Shown here one piece after another: positions 37,241-50,200 of a stretch of 64,000 nucleotides of DNA (positions are counted from its first letter, which is position 1; the number at the start of each line of letters is the position of its first letter). Origin of the DNA: Lama guanicoe (taxonomy: Eukaryota); NCBI GenBank assembly GCA_013239625.1, contig MU057346.1, forward strand, positions 6,720,431 to 6,784,430, read 5' to 3'. The position numbers were made by a program, and so were the translations under genes. Under the pieces are notes generated by a model that worked only from the letters and a program-made list of their open reading frames with translations, had not been told where the DNA came from and ran no database searches.

Positions 37241-39179
37241 GGCTCACAGACAGTATTGCATCCTGCACTTCCAGCTAATACCGCGCGAGCATTTTCCCGT
37301 GTTGTTAAAAGTTGAATTTGTAAAGGCTGAAAAAGTGCTGTTTTATGAAGTCCTTATAGATGTTATAGATGTCCAAAAGTTGCAGTCCAGAGCTCATCAA
37401 ATCTCTCCACTCCTTTTGGGGCCCACCAGGCTTCGCGGGAACAACCAGTAAATCATAATCATGGGGGTTAATAGGTCTGCGTGGCCCCTAACGATTTACT
37501 AAGCTAGAGAAGCTACCCCCAATGCCTGGAGATTCAGCTGGACACGCTTAAATAGCTTTCCTCAAAAATTGAGGAGGGAGGAAGATAAGCTGTGGAGGAG
37601 ACAGCATGGGAAATGGGGTCTACTGAATGCCTAGGACTTCCAAGCACAGCTATTCTGTGTGGACCAGTCACCAGGTGGGGTTTTTAGAAGGGCTTGCACT
37701 GCCAGGGCCCACTGATGAGATTGCTGGAAAACAGCGTTTCCATTTCCGCATACACTTGTTAGTATATGATGTGTGCAGGCTGCGCTCAGATAACCCAGCC
37801 TCCCGGGCCATCGTGTGTCCTGTGCTCGTGACTGGGGCTCAAAGAACAGGCTCTGGTCTCATAACTCCAGCACCTGTTTTTTCAGGGACCCACAGAGATG
37901 GTATTTGCTGAGCGTTCTTCCCCCGGTGATGGTGCATATCACTTCTGTAATCGAGCAAAGTGGCTCTAAAACAACGCCAGTTCTTAAGAAGCCTGCAGGG
38001 TGGCCCATCTGAAAGCAGCCACTGAGGGCTGTGCAGAAGTGACTCTACTGTGTGTGGCTCTGCGGTGCTTTCCCTGCGGGGAGCATGTCAACGCTATGGA
38101 GCTGTCGTTAGGTTTCATTTTCACAACCGTCCTCGGAAGCAGGTTGAGTTATCTCCACGTTCAACAGATAAAGACCTGGAGCCTTAGAGGGATGAAGAAA
38201 ACTGCCCTTGATCAAACAGACCTTGGTACAGACCTGGAGCTGGGTCCCGTGTGTCGACATTGAAGGTCTGAAGCACTGACGTGTGTCGGGCTGCCGTAGG
38301 TCCGGGTGTGTCGTCTGACCACACTGCTCACACGTTCTCCTCTTCCTTGGCATCGCTTACCTGGGGTTAGGCCCTCTCTCCTCTAGCTTAGCCCATTCCA
38401 GCTCCAGTCTCACGCCCTCCGCCTGGCCCCCGGCTGTCTCATCTTCCACGTAGCCAACACCACCGTCCTCCTAAGGGAGCAGCCCATCGGTCCACAACCC
38501 AGGTTAACAGCCTTCATGACCACAGTTCTGCTGGGCAGGGCTGCAGGCAGAAAGGTGGCCTCAGGGGAAGGGCTGGTGTCAGCCATGGCTGGGGGTGGGG
38601 AGAATGTTCTAGAAAGCCCATGTGGATGGAAGGGGTTGTCCAAGACCTCTCATTCATTTCAGACCCTTGGTACATTTTTTTTTTTCTTCCTCCCACTCAT
38701 CATTTGACTCCTACCCTTTAGGAGGCCGCTCCTGACCTCCTGCTCAGGACCTGCCGCAGGCTCCTTATGCTACTCCTCTGTGAAGCCCTTACTGCATTTG
38801 AACTTGTTTGTGTAGCTATGTAATTAACTTCTATAAATCCCATTAAACAGTGTACTCCTTCAAAATATAAATCCTGTCTTCTCTCCCAGAGAAACCCCTA
38901 CTCCCAGCACATAGAGTGATTTGCAGAACTTGCTGAATGCAGTGAACAAAAAAGTAGTCATTATGTAAATTTATTCAAAGGGTGTCCAGCTCCTAAAGCT
39001 CAGGTTCCCAAACACGCTGAGGTCAGGGAATGTGTTGTTAAATATGCAGGTTCTCGGGCTCTTCCCAGGATTTACTAATTAGAAATTCCCAAGTGTGGAC
39101 TCCAAAGTGTTTGTCAGAAAAGCTCCCAGGATGAATCTGATTTGGATGAAAGCATAGGGACATCCTTCTCAGCAGATAA

Positions 39180-39462
39180 CAGCTGGTCTCTGCGTACATT
39201 TGTTCTATTCAGCTGTGTTCACGGTGTACTCTCAATGAGTTCTTCTCTGACCCTGCTTCCTGTTTAAAATTCCAAACTTCACCCTCACCCACCTCACCTA
39301 GTTTTTTCTATTTTTATCCAGAGAACTTGACTGTCACCACCCACTAGTATAGAAACTCACCAGGGCAGGGATCTTCATCTGGGTTGCTCCTGCCACATCC
39401 TCATCCCTTAAACGGGGCCTGGCACATAGTAGGACCACAACAAATATTTGAATGAATAAACA
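39180..39462 (+). mobile_element. L2 3' end
   Basis: cagggcagggatcttc...gcctggcacatagtaggaccacaacaaatatttgaatgaataaa. Confidence 0.75.
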
Positions 39463-40987
39463 GTTTGCCCCATAGAACATTTAAAGTATTCAAGGCCCTG
39501 TGCAGCCGGGAAAGGAGAGATGCCAGGCCAGTGCAGCTTGAAATAATGTTGACTTTTTTTTCCCATTTTTTTCTTTTTTCCTTTTGATTAGATGACACTT
39601 GAGAAATTAGGGCAGCCGTCATACTTTCTCTCCAAATGATGTTGGGTTGTGTCCACCTAATAGAAAGGCAATTTTGGCTGCTAATTTCCTGTCTGATCAG
39701 ATTAATTGAATTCAGATGGTGAGCAGAGTGCCTCTTTAGAGTAAACAAGACACCGCTGCAATTAATCCTCACCCAGGCTTCCTAACTTTCCTCTGATGAA
39801 GAGCTGTGTTTCATTGTCTTGATATGTTTAAGTTTCTGGGAAGGAGGGCCGAAGAGAGGAGGGAACTAGCGGAGCATGCAGGAGGGGCCCCGAGGGTAAG
39901 GACTCCGTTTTCCTCACTGGCTTTAATGGAAACGCAGAGATGAGCCTTGTGACTCTAGGTTGGGAGCTATGGAGTATGTGCTTTGTCGATTGTAGTGATG
40001 GAAAGCTTTGGTTACATGCCATTTCTGAACCCACAGTGCCTACTGTCTGCTTGATGTGAATTAGACCTTCCATTCCTAGAAAATAATTCCTGTGCATGAA
40101 CTGAGTACCAGACACTGGGGTAGTGGGATGGGTGGGTGGGAGGTGAGAGAGGCAGAGCAGTCACGAATAGGACAGAGCGACTGACCTTAAGAACTTACAC
40201 ACTAATGAAACGCTTTCAATTGTATGCTTTATGTCCCATATTTGGGGGAAAAAAATTGAAGTGGCTTGTAATGAAAAGCACGAGTTCATTATGACCATTT
40301 AAATAATCACAATAGAAGGAAAGATGTATATAAGAAAAGAAGCCAATAGACCCTGAGTACCCAGGGCAAGACTAGTTTGCAGGATCCTAAACCATCAGGG
40401 GTGAATAGGCTGATCCTGACTGCTCGGTTCAGAGTCTTCCTCATACCCTCAGACTGTTTCTGAATCCTCTTGAGAGATAGTCCACTGGGTCCCAACCACT
40501 CCTTCTCTGAGTAGCTCTGTTTAAAATATTTTATTTATCAAGCCAAGATCTGTTTTCCACCCATTGATCCTAGCCCCACTCCTTAGGAGCCACCCAGGAA
40601 ACCCCCAGGCCTTCTTCACTGAGTCCATCACTGAGTACTTCAAGGCTGTCGTCTTCCCTCCAGCGCCTTGGTGTTTCCTCATATGACTTACAAGCATCTA
40701 AAGCCAGTGATCACCCCTCATGTACCTGTGAGTTTGCAAAGCTAGCACAATAACTGTTGTAGACCAGGTGCTCGATAAACATTGGATAGACAGATGCTTT
40801 AGTCCCCTTCTTAAAGGAAATTCCTCTCACTTTGCAGAGGGAATGCGTAGAATTCAGTTGGAGGTTTCTTGCTTGTGGTCCTGACCTCGCAGGTGAATGG
40901 GAGCTCATCTAACTTGCAGATGTGTTTTAGCCTTCACACGCTGGCGGAAGATTGAACAAAGCCTGCCTGAAGCTTGTAAGATGAAGG

Positions 40988-41125
40988 TCTTTCTCAAAGT
41001 ATGGGGAGTTTGTTTATAATACAGATGCCTAAGCTGACCCACTGAATAAAGAATTCTCTATGTAGGGCCCAGGAAATCTGCATTTTAACAAGTTGTACCA
41101 ACTGTGTACCATACAGTTTGGGAAT
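40988..41125. mobile_element. MER5-family fragment
   Basis: tttctcaaagt...atacagatgcct...gggcccaggaaatctgcattttaacaag. Confidence 0.6.
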
Positions 41126-41149
41126 ATTTTTAAAGGCTTAAAAATGGCA

Positions 41150-41644
41150 AGCATTTCTTAAAATGTTCCTGGGAAGCCCTGAGACCTTCTCCAGGGGTAC
41201 ATAGGGCCGAAACTATCTTCATGGTAACACTAAGATGCTATGTGCCTTTTCCCCTCTCATCTCTCACAAATGTACCATAAAATGTTCCAGAGGCTACCCG
41301 ATGGGTAGACTTGCGATAGACTGAATGCAGAAGCAGCTGAGAGATTCTAGCTGCCTCCCATTAGTCCAGGCATTGAAGCCAAGCAGAGGGCCACTCTTCT
41401 TACTATATTTTCTTTTGTTTAGGGAAAGACGGTGATTTTTTTCATTAAAAAAGTATCACTTTTGTTTACAAGTTATAGGTTTATTACTTTAAGCGAATTA
41501 ATAAATGCATATTTTTAGGTTCACGGCTTTAATTTCTAATATGTAAATGTTGATAAGCTATAACCCACACGAACAAAAGGCCCTTGGGTTCCTCATTTTT
41601 AAAAGCAAGAAGGATCTTGAGACCAAAAAATCTGACAACTGCTG
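41150..41644. mobile_element. MER119-like hAT-Charlie element
   Basis: ttccagaggctac...gactgaatgcagaagcag...ataacccacacgaacaaaag...tgagaccaaaaaatctgacaactgctg. Confidence 0.8.
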
Positions 41645-42176
41645 CTAGCAAGAAAGAGACTAAATTTGTTTTAAAAATAATTTCTCTGTCTTTATTCACC
41701 TGTAGCAACTAGTTGATCCATGTCTATTCAATTTGTACAAAATTATGATTTCTACTGGTATGAGTTGTGATATTTTCCCTTCTCTAAAGAGGCTGAGGTG
41801 TTTTTGCAGTATTGCAACATAGAAAGGAATCTGTACCAGATTTTTTTTCCTTGCTTAGAAAAAAATACTTTATACTATCCCCCAAGACTTGCCCCAAATT
41901 CATCAAATTTGAAATTATCCAATGTTGTGTGTATGGAGGACAAAACCTGGATAGACGAAAAAAATGTAAAACATTGGGGATTTAGCTTCAGGACTTGATG
42001 AGGTCACATATCTGTCTGGCTCCATTTGTCATTCCCAAGCCTAAATCAGAGCCAGCCTGAAGCCATCCCATGATTTCTTCCTTCTCTTTCCCCGTCCACC
42101 GTGGGCCCCTTGAAACAAAAGCATCTTCTAAGCAAAAGACTTAACCTCCTGAAATAGTGCTTCCAAAGTGGGGAGA

Positions 42177-42302
42177 CAGTGGGGTAGTGATAAATGTTTC
42201 ATAACTGGGTGAGAAGTGGAAAGCCAAGCCCTGATTGGTAGCAGTTGCCAATTTCCATAGGGTGAATGTTCTCGCCTTGGCATTGCTGGGAAGGGATGCA
42301 CC
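42177..42302. mobile_element. MER63 fragment
   Basis: gataaatgttt...agccctgattggtagcagttgccaatttccatagggtgaat. Confidence 0.6.
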
Positions 42303-43329
42303 TGGCAGGCTTGGGAGGAGGAAGCAGGAAGACTGCTGTAATCCCTTAGCTCCTCCCACCAAAGTTCTACTCCTGGATCCTGGCAGAGCCCATGGATGTG
42401 GTTTTACTCTTGGGGAGTCGTTCATACATGAGCAGAGAGGAAAAGAGTGCAAGTGCAGGAAAATATACTAGAGAGCTGAGGAAGCTTCCTGAGGACTTCT
42501 CTTTCTCATCCCAGAGAAGGGAGACCAGGACCAGCTGAGTTTAAGACTACGCTCTTCCTTGCCAGGAGATATTGAGCCCCCATTGCTTCATTAGTCTTAT
42601 CAGAATAACAATAGCTAGCATGCCAGGCTACTGTGAAGACAAGCCGTAAATAAAGCAAGCACACAGCACTCTGTCTGGCTCGTAGTATGGTAATGTCCTT
42701 TTTATTTTATTTTTTATTGTAACGGATGCTCTTCTTGGCAGAATGAATCAACTAATTCTGAATTCAGGTTCTGACTACTTTTGTGCAGGTTCATCTCATT
42801 TTAGCATTTTTTTCTCTTCACATCGTTAGATTTGAATTGAATATTTAGTCACAGGAAGTTGCTTTAAGTTTTCTGGGAGTCCAAAGGTAAGAATTCTATA
42901 TAATAGACACAAACAGGTCTAATGTCAGGACTAGATTTATTTTAATTAAGTCATTGTGAGCCACATATTTTTATCGATCTGAGGCAGAAGGAAAGTAAAT
43001 ACACCATCCCTGAGGATTTGTTAGTAGAGATTTACATGCCTCCTTTCCACTGTTGAGTTTAAATTTAAAATATTCCCAATGCCAAGGGGCTCCTGGATGC
43101 ACATACAAAATAATTGTTTTAAAATTCTATTAAGGGAAAACCACAGTGCAATAGCTAAACTGCAAATGCCAGAGGCTAGGGAAAACTTAAACATCAGTCA
43201 AACACCACACACAGCTACCAGGTTCTGGAGACCATTGCTGAAAACTGGTATTAAATCTCACCTTAAAGGTCAGGGACAATTTACCCATTCTTATTAATGG
43301 CTCTAAATTGCCCCAGAAGGAGCTGGCTG

Positions 43330-43725
43330 TTCAAATATGTGAGATTGGGACAATTGTCTATATATCTAGGAAAAACATCATTAGCTTCCTACCTTCCAAC
43401 CATAGCAATATGCACTTTTAGATGGATATGAGGTCTAAAAATGAAAAACAGACCATAAAACATATCAAAAGATAATATAGGAGAAGCTGAAAATATAATC
43501 TTGGACTAGAGAAGGCTCCAACTGCAGAAACTATAAATGAAAACATAAAAGCAACTTAAACTTCTGTCTATTTGGGAAACCATAAGGTTACAAGACAAAT
43601 GACAAGATGACAGGGAAATTTTGCAACATGTATAACAGATAGCAATTGTCCTTAATATAAAAAAAGCTCCTGTAAATCAATAAGAAAGAGACAAGTAACA
43701 TGGAAGAAAAGTTGACAGGGAAATA
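43330..43725 (+). mobile_element. Ancient L1M ORF2-region remnant
   Basis: A-rich: tagatggat...accataaaac...aatataggaga...ttgcaacatgtataacaga...aaatcaataagaaa; no intact frame. Confidence 0.65.
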
Positions 43726-44394
43726 AATTCCCCCAGTGCCCTGAGAGAGTAAGTCTTTCCTTCCGGTGGACCCAGAGAATTACAAGGGCTTCTAACTGCC
43801 TGTTTGCCCTTCAGTCAGGGATGCTGATGGATGGATTTTTATCAGAGCACATCTTCATCCTGCCCAGATGGCCTCAGTGTGTCTTCCATGTTGACAGGCT
43901 AACATGAAACCTCATAAACTTGGCATTCAACTAAATGAGATAATGAATGTTCCTAGTACAGTTTTAGCTGTGGTAAGCTCCCAGTGAATTACTTTTGATG
44001 ACCTAGTCTGCTGGAACAGACTTGACACATAGTTAAGTCCTCAAAAACTATTGAATGAATAAATGAATGTCAGTGAGTGAGGACAGACACATCCCTTTAC
44101 ACAACATTAGGACAAATCACCATACTCTCTAGGATCTGAAACCAAGCCCCTGTCATCTCTAGGCCATCAAATGCTTGTCTTCATAGAGACAGCCTTATTA
44201 GCCAACTCAGCTGATACTTGTCAAAGAGTGTAGTTTTCCTGTCAATCATGGAGTTATTGTCCATCATGTAGCTGAATCAGATTCACTATCATTTGGGGGC
44301 TTTGTAAAACCCTTGCTGTTGGCTTCTCAATTTGGATTTTCAACCCAGAATAAAGAGGTCACCTGGAGGAGGAGACTCAAGCAGTCAAAAGCAG

Positions 44395-44560
44395 GGGGTT
44401 GGCATCAAGTGGTGTTGGAGTCATTAGCTGTTTGACTTCGGGCAAGTTGCCTCTCAGACCTCAGTCTCCTCATCTGCATGATGAAATATAATGCTATTGC
44501 CTGCCTCACGGGTAGGGATAAAATGAGGCCATTCATAGGAATATATTTATCATACTATAA
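44395..44560 (+). mobile_element. MIR SINE
   Basis: ttagctgtttgacttcgggcaagttgcctctcagacctcagtctcctcatctg. Confidence 0.75.
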
Positions 44561-46611
44561 GGCACATCATGAACATTCAAAATATGATGGCCTGCAGGAA
44601 ATAAAAAAGAGGATTAAGATTAAAGAGCACAGGCCACTCTGAAGAGAACTGGGGCATTTTTCAGTGGAAGAAGGTAGGGAACTAACATTTCCTGACTGCC
44701 AGCCATGTTCTAGGCTAAGAACTTCTCTGCTTAATTTAGTGCTGAAAAATGGCAAATTATTTAAATGTATAACATATGATACTATGGCATAGTCTAACAT
44801 AACACAATATGATGTAACTGTAAAATATATTGAGGATGATTAACATAATAAATAGTATACTTACTATATAATAGATATAAAATAATTAGTATATGATCAA
44901 TCAAATGTAAAATAATATAATACACTGTTACATCATATATTTTGTATATGTCTTTTTGAACCCTTTTCAGAGTAAGTTGGAGAAAAAGCCCAGAGTTTGG
45001 TAGTGATTTTGGTAATAAAGTGAGGAAACCGAATATGTTCTGTTGAGCTGGTTGCAGCTGTTTGGTGATCGTATTTTAATTATAAAAGATCTGGCCAGTT
45101 TCCGCACACACTCTCCCTGCACAAATGTTAGCTCCGGCTCAGAGGCCTCTTTCCTACATCCAGTTATTCTCCCACGTGATTTTTTTTTCCTCTCTGTTTT
45201 TTGTTTTGCTCTGGAATGACTCCTTGACCTTTAGAGGAAGTACATTTTGTCTGGGGGACCAGGAAATCTGTGTGATCCTATCTGTAGACTCTCAGCAACA
45301 GGAAAAATGTCTGTATGAAGGAGTCAAGTCCTAAAGAAAGTGACAACGGGATCTCACGGAGAAAAGTCATTACACGGTTTCCTCTGTGCTCTTCATTCCC
45401 TAAAGGGACCTGATCCTGGTCACTTTCTCACTGGTGCTTCTAATTATTTCAGTCCGTTAGAAGTAAAATCTTGAGAAAACTAATTATGCGGTTGTTTTAG
45501 AGGCTCAAGTGGCACCTTCAGGGGCCTGACTGGGCTGACTGTTCTGTGGTTCGTTTTGGGATGGGGGTCTCAGTGCTTCATTAGTTACTGATGTAACTGG
45601 ATTCTGGAATGTGTTCGGGTTTGTTGGCAAATTGAATGGCTGGATTTGCATTAAAATACCCAATGAACTATTGGAAAAAAAAAAAAGTAACACCATCCAT
45701 TGTTGCCAGGCATCAGAGGAGAGTGGGAAGAGGGGGGACCAGTGAGTCTGGCCAAGAAGCGTGAGGAGGTTGGAGGGTCCCTGTTTCCAAAATGACCCCT
45801 TTCTGCCCCAGGCTTCCGAGGAGCCAAGAGCTGTTGCATAAGAAATCTCCAGCTCAGCCGTCTTTACTCTAAGTCCCCTTGCCTGGCAAGTCTGTCTGAG
45901 TACCTTCCCTACCTCCGCCCCACTCCCGATGCTGGAACAGAACAGGTGACTACTTACCCAGACACTTCTAGGAGTTTCCCCTCAGCCCAGGACCTGGGTG
46001 AGCCCTCATCTCCCGGTATCAGCCGCAGGGGACCCTCCCAAGATGCTGTCAGTTACATACTATACTAGGGTTGGTTTTTCTTTGACAAATACTTTTTCCA
46101 TATTTGTGGGTGACCCCAAAGACTACTATCTCCAGGGCTTCTGCCACTCTATGTGGTGTCTTTGTGCAGATATAAAAAGGTGCCCCCTCTGGGTACAGGC
46201 ATACTCTTAGTTACGTATCATCAAAGTGTAAAATATATTCTTTACTTGTGGGTAGACTCAGGCTCATGGGCTGGATTTTTGGTCCCCTTGGCATGTGCAC
46301 CCTCTTTTTGTATTACAACTCTAAAACCATGGGTGGGACCCCTGAGAACAAGAACCTCCTTCTTCCCTTTATCTGGAAAATGCTCTTCCTCCGTTTTAGG
46401 GTCACCTACATGAGACAGAGCTTGCAGGTTATCCTGGAAGACTAAGGTACATGTGGGAAAAAGCCATAAATGCTCACAAAGCCACAGGTTATCTTATAAG
46501 TCATGCTCTTTCAGCAAAAATTACTGGAACACTCAGGAAGCCTAGCACAGACAAGAGTCCAAAAGGGCTGGGGTGGAATCAAAGGTTTCCCATAGGATGT
46601 GGTAATTGCCA

Positions 46612-47084
46612 CAGGAGCCCAGATTAAGGTGAAGTGAATGATGACCATGGAGATGCTCATCTTGGGGACACAAATCCTCGGTCATCAAGAGAAATAACAT
46701 TTTAATGCCTCATTTTAAAGACTCAGAAGTCATGCAAAAGAAGTCCGTGATGAACAAAGTATCAAAAAATTTAAATGAAGACAGATCAAAAGGAATACAG
46801 AAAATCCATAATGAACAAAATCTCAGAATTTTACATCCAGGCAGCAGCAGTACTGCTGAGTTTTCCTTTTGCCTCAAGGCTCCAGTATGGTTCACCTTCG
46901 CACCGTGACTGATCCTGTTTTTATTTAAAATTTTGAGAGTTTGTTCATCATGGGTTTTCTGCATTCATTTTGAATTTGTAAAATATTATAATAGTATTTA
47001 TCTTGATGACTGAGTTTTTTGGTACTTCATTCCTGTTAGTGTGAAAAGCAGGTGCATCAGTCCCCTCACCCCAGTCCAGCTCTA
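46612..47084. mobile_element. MER96B-like palindromic hAT MITE with internal duplication
   Basis: Long inverted arms (atgcaaaa..tccgtgatgaacaaagtatcaaa / tttgagagtttgttcatcatgggttttctgcat) around the core ttttccttttgcctcaaggctccagtatgg; termini caggagcccagattaaggtgaag / cctcaccccagtccagctct. Confidence 0.8.
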
Positions 47085-47104
47085 ATGGCTAATTGCAGGT
47101 TAGT

Positions 47105-47270
47105 CCCCCTTGTTGAGGGCTGTGCCAGACACTGTGCTATGAACTGAGCATTGCACCAGCTCCCTTTAATCCTGACAACCATAGTGTGACGTGAGATCTC
47201 TCATTAACAGAAGAGCAGACAAGTTGAATAATTTGCCGAAGGTCCACACGAAGGGGAGGGGGAGGGAATC
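47105..47270 (-). mobile_element. MIR SINE
   Basis: tgtgccagacactgtgcta...tttaatcctgacaacc...ataatttgccgaaggtc. Confidence 0.65.
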
Positions 47271-50200
47271 AAATTAGGTCTAAAGCCCATTGCTTTGGTC
47301 ACATTTAGTAACAAGGGAAAGAAAAGCATGGAGGAAGCAAGGGCAGGTGCAGAGGTATGGGAGCGAGTGTAAGGCAGCCACCTTCACAGCATGGCAGCCC
47401 CGCCCCCCAGCAGAAGGGTCCCACACAGCCAGCTGCGCTCCTAGGCCTCTCCAAGGTGACATTTTACACAGCAGAGTGTTACCGAGAAGAATGCACGCAT
47501 CCAGGACTATGGATGGAAGCTGATTACTTAACCTTTTTCGAAAGAGTCTTCGACAAATATGGCACACCCCAAAATGAATTATTTTTTCCTTTCGGGGAAA
47601 CTCAAGTGGACGCATCTCCCCTTCTCTGCAAAAAAAAGCAGTTGCCGCGCGATCACTCGAAATGCAAAGTCTGAACAGAAATTAATGCTGTTGATGAAAC
47701 CAGGGGTCTAAAACATGAAAGGATATTGGACTGAAAAAACAGTGCCATTTGCATCCTTTTGAACGCTCGCCTAGATCTGTGTAATGGAGATGTCAGTTGT
47801 ATTGCAGGAGAAAAATCAACCTGCCTGGGCTCACATTAACTCTGCCTGCTCCATACATCTCCTCTACGGGGTTAGAATACCACCATGCCCTGCCCTTTTG
47901 AAAGAGAAAAATGTGCAGCCCCTACATTCAAGTGAGTCTTTAGTGAAACAGGAGTGAGACACGTCATGAGCTGGTACCTGCTCCCCCATCGGCAAGAAGC
48001 AACAAGACAAATTTCTGCTGGACGCCAGGACCGGGAAGACTCACTGTCTGCATGTGAATGTGCATTAATTTGGTTGTCAGAAAATGAACGGTACATAACC
48101 CAACCTTAGACCTAGGCCTGTTGGCTTCTACTGCTAGAAATCAGAATGTCAACTCCAAGATCCAGTTCTATTAATCTCATTATTTTTTGGTGTCTGCGAT
48201 CAGCTTCTCCTTGGGCTTCTGTTTAGCGGTGTTTATCAGCTGTAGGTAGGTGGATGTCAAAACCGCATGGAGTGCTTTTTAAAAAATGCAGATGCTAGGG
48301 CCCTGTTTTCGTGTTGAATCCAGGCATGGCTATGTTTTCGTTTGCATTTTCAAAGACTACTTTGTGAACCCAATGGAAAGACAACCCAAGGTAGACTATT
48401 AGTAGATTTATTTCCAAAGGGGCAAAGACAGGTTTTCTGGTGGCCTTGTACTGTTTGATGTAACTAAAAATAAAAGTAGCCCTGACTACTCTTAACGCAA
48501 AACCACTGAAAGTTATGGCAAGGGAAAGGTGAATAATTCAACTCCAACTTATTCTGACCCAAACTGATGCCAAATTATTCAGAAAAATGCCCTGAGTTGC
48601 CCCTCAATACATCTTGTATAGCTGGCCCCATGTATATTCAAAAAGTGTTTTCTGTGATTATTTTCCGTGTTGCTAATGTCACCTTGACAAAATCAAAGTT
48701 CCCACAGGTTTTTTTAATATACAAATTTATTCCATCCCTTTTAATCATACCTGCTCCCAGTGGATATGAGTGATTAAATTCATCTCTAGAACAGAGTTAA
48801 TATATAATGTCCTCCAGGTATTTGTCACTGCTGGCTTATGTCTCCACTTTTGTTTACATTTAGCTCAGAAAGTACAGATTTAAGAAGTGGCAGGTTGTAA
48901 CTAGACATAAGATCAATGCGGTTAGTTTCTGTTTAAGCTTTAACAACATGGTGGCTGTCAACTGAAGCATGAATACACACATCAGTAAATCCCAATGAAT
49001 ATACTGTGGTCACACTCACAACAGGAGTTAGTGGTATTTTCTCCACAACACAATGAAGCTCTTAGAAGTAGCATCATTGATATTACACTACTGGTTTTGT
49101 TCTGATTTTCTTCTCATTTTACCCCATTCTGGGCTCTCTGTCCTCTATCCTGGGGTCTCTTTTCATGTGAAGCTTTTTTAGAGCTGATGTTCCTTCTGCC
49201 ATCCTGCTGTCTGAGAACCTCAGTCTCTCCCCCTGTGATTGCTTGGAGCATGTGATTAAAGTGAGCAGCTTTCAGCCACGATGACATCAAGTTCTCATCT
49301 GTCTTTGTCTTGTCCCCTCTACTTCTGTTTTGAACAAGTCTGCCCAATTTGGAAATTAAGAGCTCTCCTGAATAAGTCCCCTCACATATTCTTACCAAGT
49401 TGGCGATTTTTTTTGTATGATAAAAATGACTATGAATATTTGAATTGAAATCATTGAGATGCTCATTTAAAAAAAAAAACACTATCAGTTAGTACCACAT
49501 TTCTGTCAATTCCCTCAGGGCGCATTCAGAAAATCACTATTGTAAAAGCTTGAATAGTTGTATCAGTTTAGCTTGATGGTACATGGATTCTTTTTTCTTT
49601 ATTTATAAGTACATGGGATAGTACATTAATAAGAATTAAGTAATTTTATAAAAATGAAACAAGCAGGTTTGCCTTTAGAAAACAGTTTTGCAATTCCTGT
49701 TGGGTAATTAGGCCCCAGTCCTTTATGCCATGATAGAATCTATAATTAAACACGTCCCTTGGACTGAAGTTACTGAGCAGGCACTTGGGACCATTACACA
49801 GCAACAACGAGCACTGCGTTAGATGTGATCACAGCAATAATTACTGTGTAGCATTATATTCTACTTCAAAACACTCTTTTTTTAAGAATGGGTTATCGGT
49901 AACGGAGACCGCATTCAGCTTTTATGACAGGTTTTGGCACTACGCGTTTCTGATAAGGACCGACTCCTCTAATGAGAAGTGAGAGACCTATCTTGTTGTG
50001 TAATATGAATAACTTTATTAACTTACTTCTAACAGCAAACGTTTATTGGATGCTTACCGTGTTAGGGGCTGAAGATACAAAGACACCTAATTGGACCCAT
50101 GCCTTCTGGGGCTCACGTTCTAATTTGGGACCTACTGCGTGCGCAGGAAAAGGTAGTTGTGGCAGCCTAGCCATTTGACGAAAAAAGAGCTCAAACTCCC

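Noticed and set aside
46705-46964. Similar peptides encoded on opposite strands (possible sense/antisense gene pair)
   Set aside because: Explained by the inverted arms of the MER96B-like MITE.
47357-47674. 105-aa ORF with protein-like composition (FFERVFDKYG...)
   Set aside because: No family recognised and no clear acceptor/donor pair. It cannot be supported as an exon without a homology search.
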